Source: Camelus ferus
Taxonomy: Eukaryota
Length of the DNA stretch: 64,000 bases
Assembly (NCBI RefSeq): GCF_009834535.1
Contig: NC_045705.1
Span: 56,234,001 to 56,298,000, forward strand
Reading direction: 5' to 3'
Under the pieces are notes generated by a model. The model did not search any database. It was not told where the DNA came from and was given only the letters and a program-made list of their open reading frames with translations. Position numbers and translations under genes: made by a program. Within the stretch, counting starts at the first letter, position 1, and each line of letters starts with the position of its first letter. Shown in pieces: positions 61,010 to 64,000 of this stretch.

Positions 61010-61400
61010 TCCAGCTTTACGGAGGTATACTTGACAAATAAAATTTGTGTATATTTAAGGTGTACAATGTAATGTTTTGATATATGTATGAATTGTGAGA
61101 GGGGGGAGGATATAGCTCAAGTGGTAGAGTGCACGCTTAGCATACACAGGGTCCTGGGTTCAATCCCCAGTACCTCCTCCAGAAATAAATAAATAAGTAA
61201 ACCTAATTACCTCCCCTCCAAAAACAAACAGTAAAAGGTGAAATGATTATACAATCAAGCTAACTAACATATCCATCACTTTACATAGTTACTTTTTTGT
61301 GATGAGAATACTTAAAATCAACTCTCTGAGCAAATTTTCAGTACACAATTCAGTTATGATTCACTTTAGACACCATACTGTATATTATTAATCTCTGAAG
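61010..61400 (-). mobile_element. L1MA-type 3' end interrupted by a SINE
   Basis: ccagctttacggaggtatacttgacaaataaaa...aatcaagctaactaacatatccatcac. Confidence 0.8.
61100..61235 (+). mobile_element. Camelid tRNA-derived SINE (Vic-1-like)
   Basis: ggggaggatatagctcaagtggtagag...gggttcaatccccagtacctcc followed by aaataaataaat tail. Confidence 0.9.
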
Positions 61401-62264
61401 AGTACAAAGTTTCAGTTATGTTGGATGATTAAGTCCTGAAATTCTAATGCTACTCTTCTCACTAAATTATTTTAGTTGTGTTTCATTCTGCTATTTTTCA
61501 AAAATATGTCATTTATGTTAATACATAATGAGCTTATTATAGTCATTTTAATAAATTAATAAGAATTTAATGTTATCAATTTCCTCCCTCTCTACTCCAC
61601 TGAACAAATGGATGAATAGATGAAGAGTATAGCAAATTTATAGATTAAGATATGTCTCAGAAAGCAGTAGTGCAAAGAATAAAAAAGTTGATAGGAGACT
61701 TAACTGTGAGGTATGCATAAAGCTAACTGCATGTATAGACCAAACCAAAGAATAGAAACAGCCCCTTTAATGAGAAGCCTGATGAAGTATTTACCTAGGG
61801 AAGTACTATAGTCACATTTGCACTTGAAGATGTTCAGTCAGCCTATGACATAGAGAGAATGGATTAGGAAAGGGGGTGGGAAGAGTTGATAAAGGAAGAA
61901 CACGTAGGAAGCTGTTACAGCAATCCAGATAAGAACTCATCATGTCAAGTACCATGGTAGAATCGTCAAGAAAAGTGAACAGTATCAGGAGATATTTAGA
62001 AGAAAGAAATTTCATGACTTAAAATTTTCATGACTTTTTTCATACCTTGGCTGTATATTCATTGGACTAAACAACAGGAAGAAACAGACGAAGTTTTCTC
62101 CCAGGTTTAAGCTTTGAAGAATTAAGTGTATAAGAGTTCTACTTAAGGAAATAAAGAATACTTTATAAGGAACAGGCTTCAAGGGAGGAGTTAATTAATT
62201 GCATTTTGAAGATACTGATCTCCAGATGCCTGAGCTAACACAGAAAGTATGCAGTGGTTAAGAA

Positions 62265-62530
62265 TTCAGTTATAAGATGAATGAGTTCTGGGGGTGTAAT
62301 GGACTGCATAGTGACTAGAGTTAACTATGCTGCATTGCATATTGAAATATTGTTAAGAGAGTAGATTTAAAAATTTCTCAAACACACATAAAATAAATGT
62401 ACCTCTCAGGTGACAGATAAGTGAACTAACGTTATTCGGTAATCACTTTGAAATATATACATATATAAAATCACTGCATTGTACTCCTTAAGCTGCACAA
62501 TGTCATATGTCATATCTCTCTAGAGCTAAA
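62265..62530 (+). mobile_element. L1 3' end fragment
   Basis: gttataagatgaatgagttctgggg...gagagtagatttaaaaatttctca. Confidence 0.75.
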
Positions 62531-62619
62531 AAGAAAAAATTTATAGAATAAATGGAATAAAAGTACTCTTTCAACATACACATAAACACACACACAAACA
62601 CACGAACTCAGGTTCAGGA

Positions 62620-62830
62620 ATAGACTAACATGAGTTGAATCCAGATCACATCACTTACTAGCTGTGTGTCCCAGGAAAGTTTTTGAGTCCTGGAAGCTCC
62701 TGCCTTCTTATCTGTCAAGTGGGGAGAAGTAATAGTGCCTCCTAATAGGTTAAAATAAGGAATAAATCTGATAAGGTACCGGATATTGTGTAAAGCATTT
62801 GGTATAATATATGGTTCTTAATAAATAATC
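62620..62830 (+). mobile_element. MIR SINE
   Basis: gagttgaatccagatcacatcacttactagctgtgtgtcccaggaaag. Confidence 0.7.
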
Positions 62831-64000
62831 AATAATTGTGAGATATTATTATTATTATTATTCTCATTACAAAGCAGTGTCAAAAGGTATTTGGAGCTAA
62901 TGGGTCTAGAGCTTGGAAGAGAATTCCATGGTACAGAAATGAACTCGTGACCTGAGATCCTATATCAAACCTATTGTAAGGCAAGGCTACCCAGTCACTT
63001 TACCTCTCCCAGAGACAGCCGAGAACTGGAGTGACACACTCAAATCCCTGCAGAGGCTGTGCGGTAGGGTAAAGGCATGAAGTAAAACTGTGGAAGACAA
63101 ATAGCGAGTGGTGAGGTGTGACTCGTGGAAAACTCTATCTTAGGGGACATGACCACTCACCTCCAGAATCTGGGCTGATGTTACTAAATATGCTAATTCA
63201 TAAGAAGAAAATACAAATCCAGATTCTTAGGTAAAATGTCATTTTTTTCCAAAAGGTTGGGAACTAATTCAATTTTAACAGTCCCACAGTTATATGCATT
63301 AAATAAGGCATCCTCTAGCAAGCTTTGTCCTGTGAACCACCAGTTTGCACTTCTGGCCTGTCAATGTCTCCCAAAGAGCCATTTTTTTTTCATTTGTTCT
63401 TTTTCCTTTATATTCTGAAAGACAATGGAGCACAAGGCTTAACACAAAGGCAGTGGCCCCCAGAAGGCCTGAGCCCAGCCCTCAGGTCTGCAATTTTAGC
63501 AATTACTCAATTTCTCTAAACTGTAAGTTTTGGATGAAAGTAATATCTACTTTGGATAATCATTATAAGAACTAAATGAGATACTGTATGTCATGTATCT
63601 GGTAAAGTGTAGAACAAATCATATATTATCAATTAAGTCTGGGCAATACATTTGCCCCTCAGATATATAACCTTATTTCTCCAGAGTACTGAGTTTATCC
63701 AGCCAAGATTTTACTACCTCCTACCAATCTTACCCCAAATGAAAAGGAGGGTGACATCCCAACACGTCCCTTACCTCTTTGTTCATGGCTTCAGTCTTCC
63801 CAGCTACCACAGCCAGGACCAACTCTTCAAGGCCCTCACCTGGAAAGGCTAGAAAAGAGATTTAGGTCTGATACTTTCTTGGACGTTCCTCAGGGGACGT
63901 TCTCGTTTCTTCCAATTTTTTTCTTTCTTTTATCCACTGGATTTTTGTTTCAGGTTTTGAGGAGCTTATAATAATATCTACTTATTAAGTTAAGAGTCAA

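Overview
Mammalian genomic DNA, most likely camelid (three tRNA-derived SINEs of the camelid Vic-1 type; L1 tails of cetartiodactyl type). The window is the class I olfactory receptor (OR51) cluster around MMP26, equivalent to human 11p15.4 read in reverse. It holds a complete six-exon MMP26 (matrilysin-2/endometase) gene on the minus strand (1930-6541, 261 aa), which the ORF track shows only in fragments. Five plus-strand OR51 loci follow: an OR51A pseudogene whose last codons are split by an L1 and a SINE, an OR51A2/A4-like gene with two +1 frameshifts, an OR51A-family open ORF with degenerate GN and DRY motifs, OR51G1 and OR51G2. The rest is mostly L1, L2, MIR, LTR and DNA-transposon remnants. 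All six N-runs fall in L1 sequence, and those checked match the length of the missing L1 coding sequence. I found no new biological system. The most interesting observation is an intact non-primate MMP26 whose cysteine switch, autolysis site and S1' loop differ from the human enzyme. Human reference sequences and repeat family names are recalled from memory, not searched.
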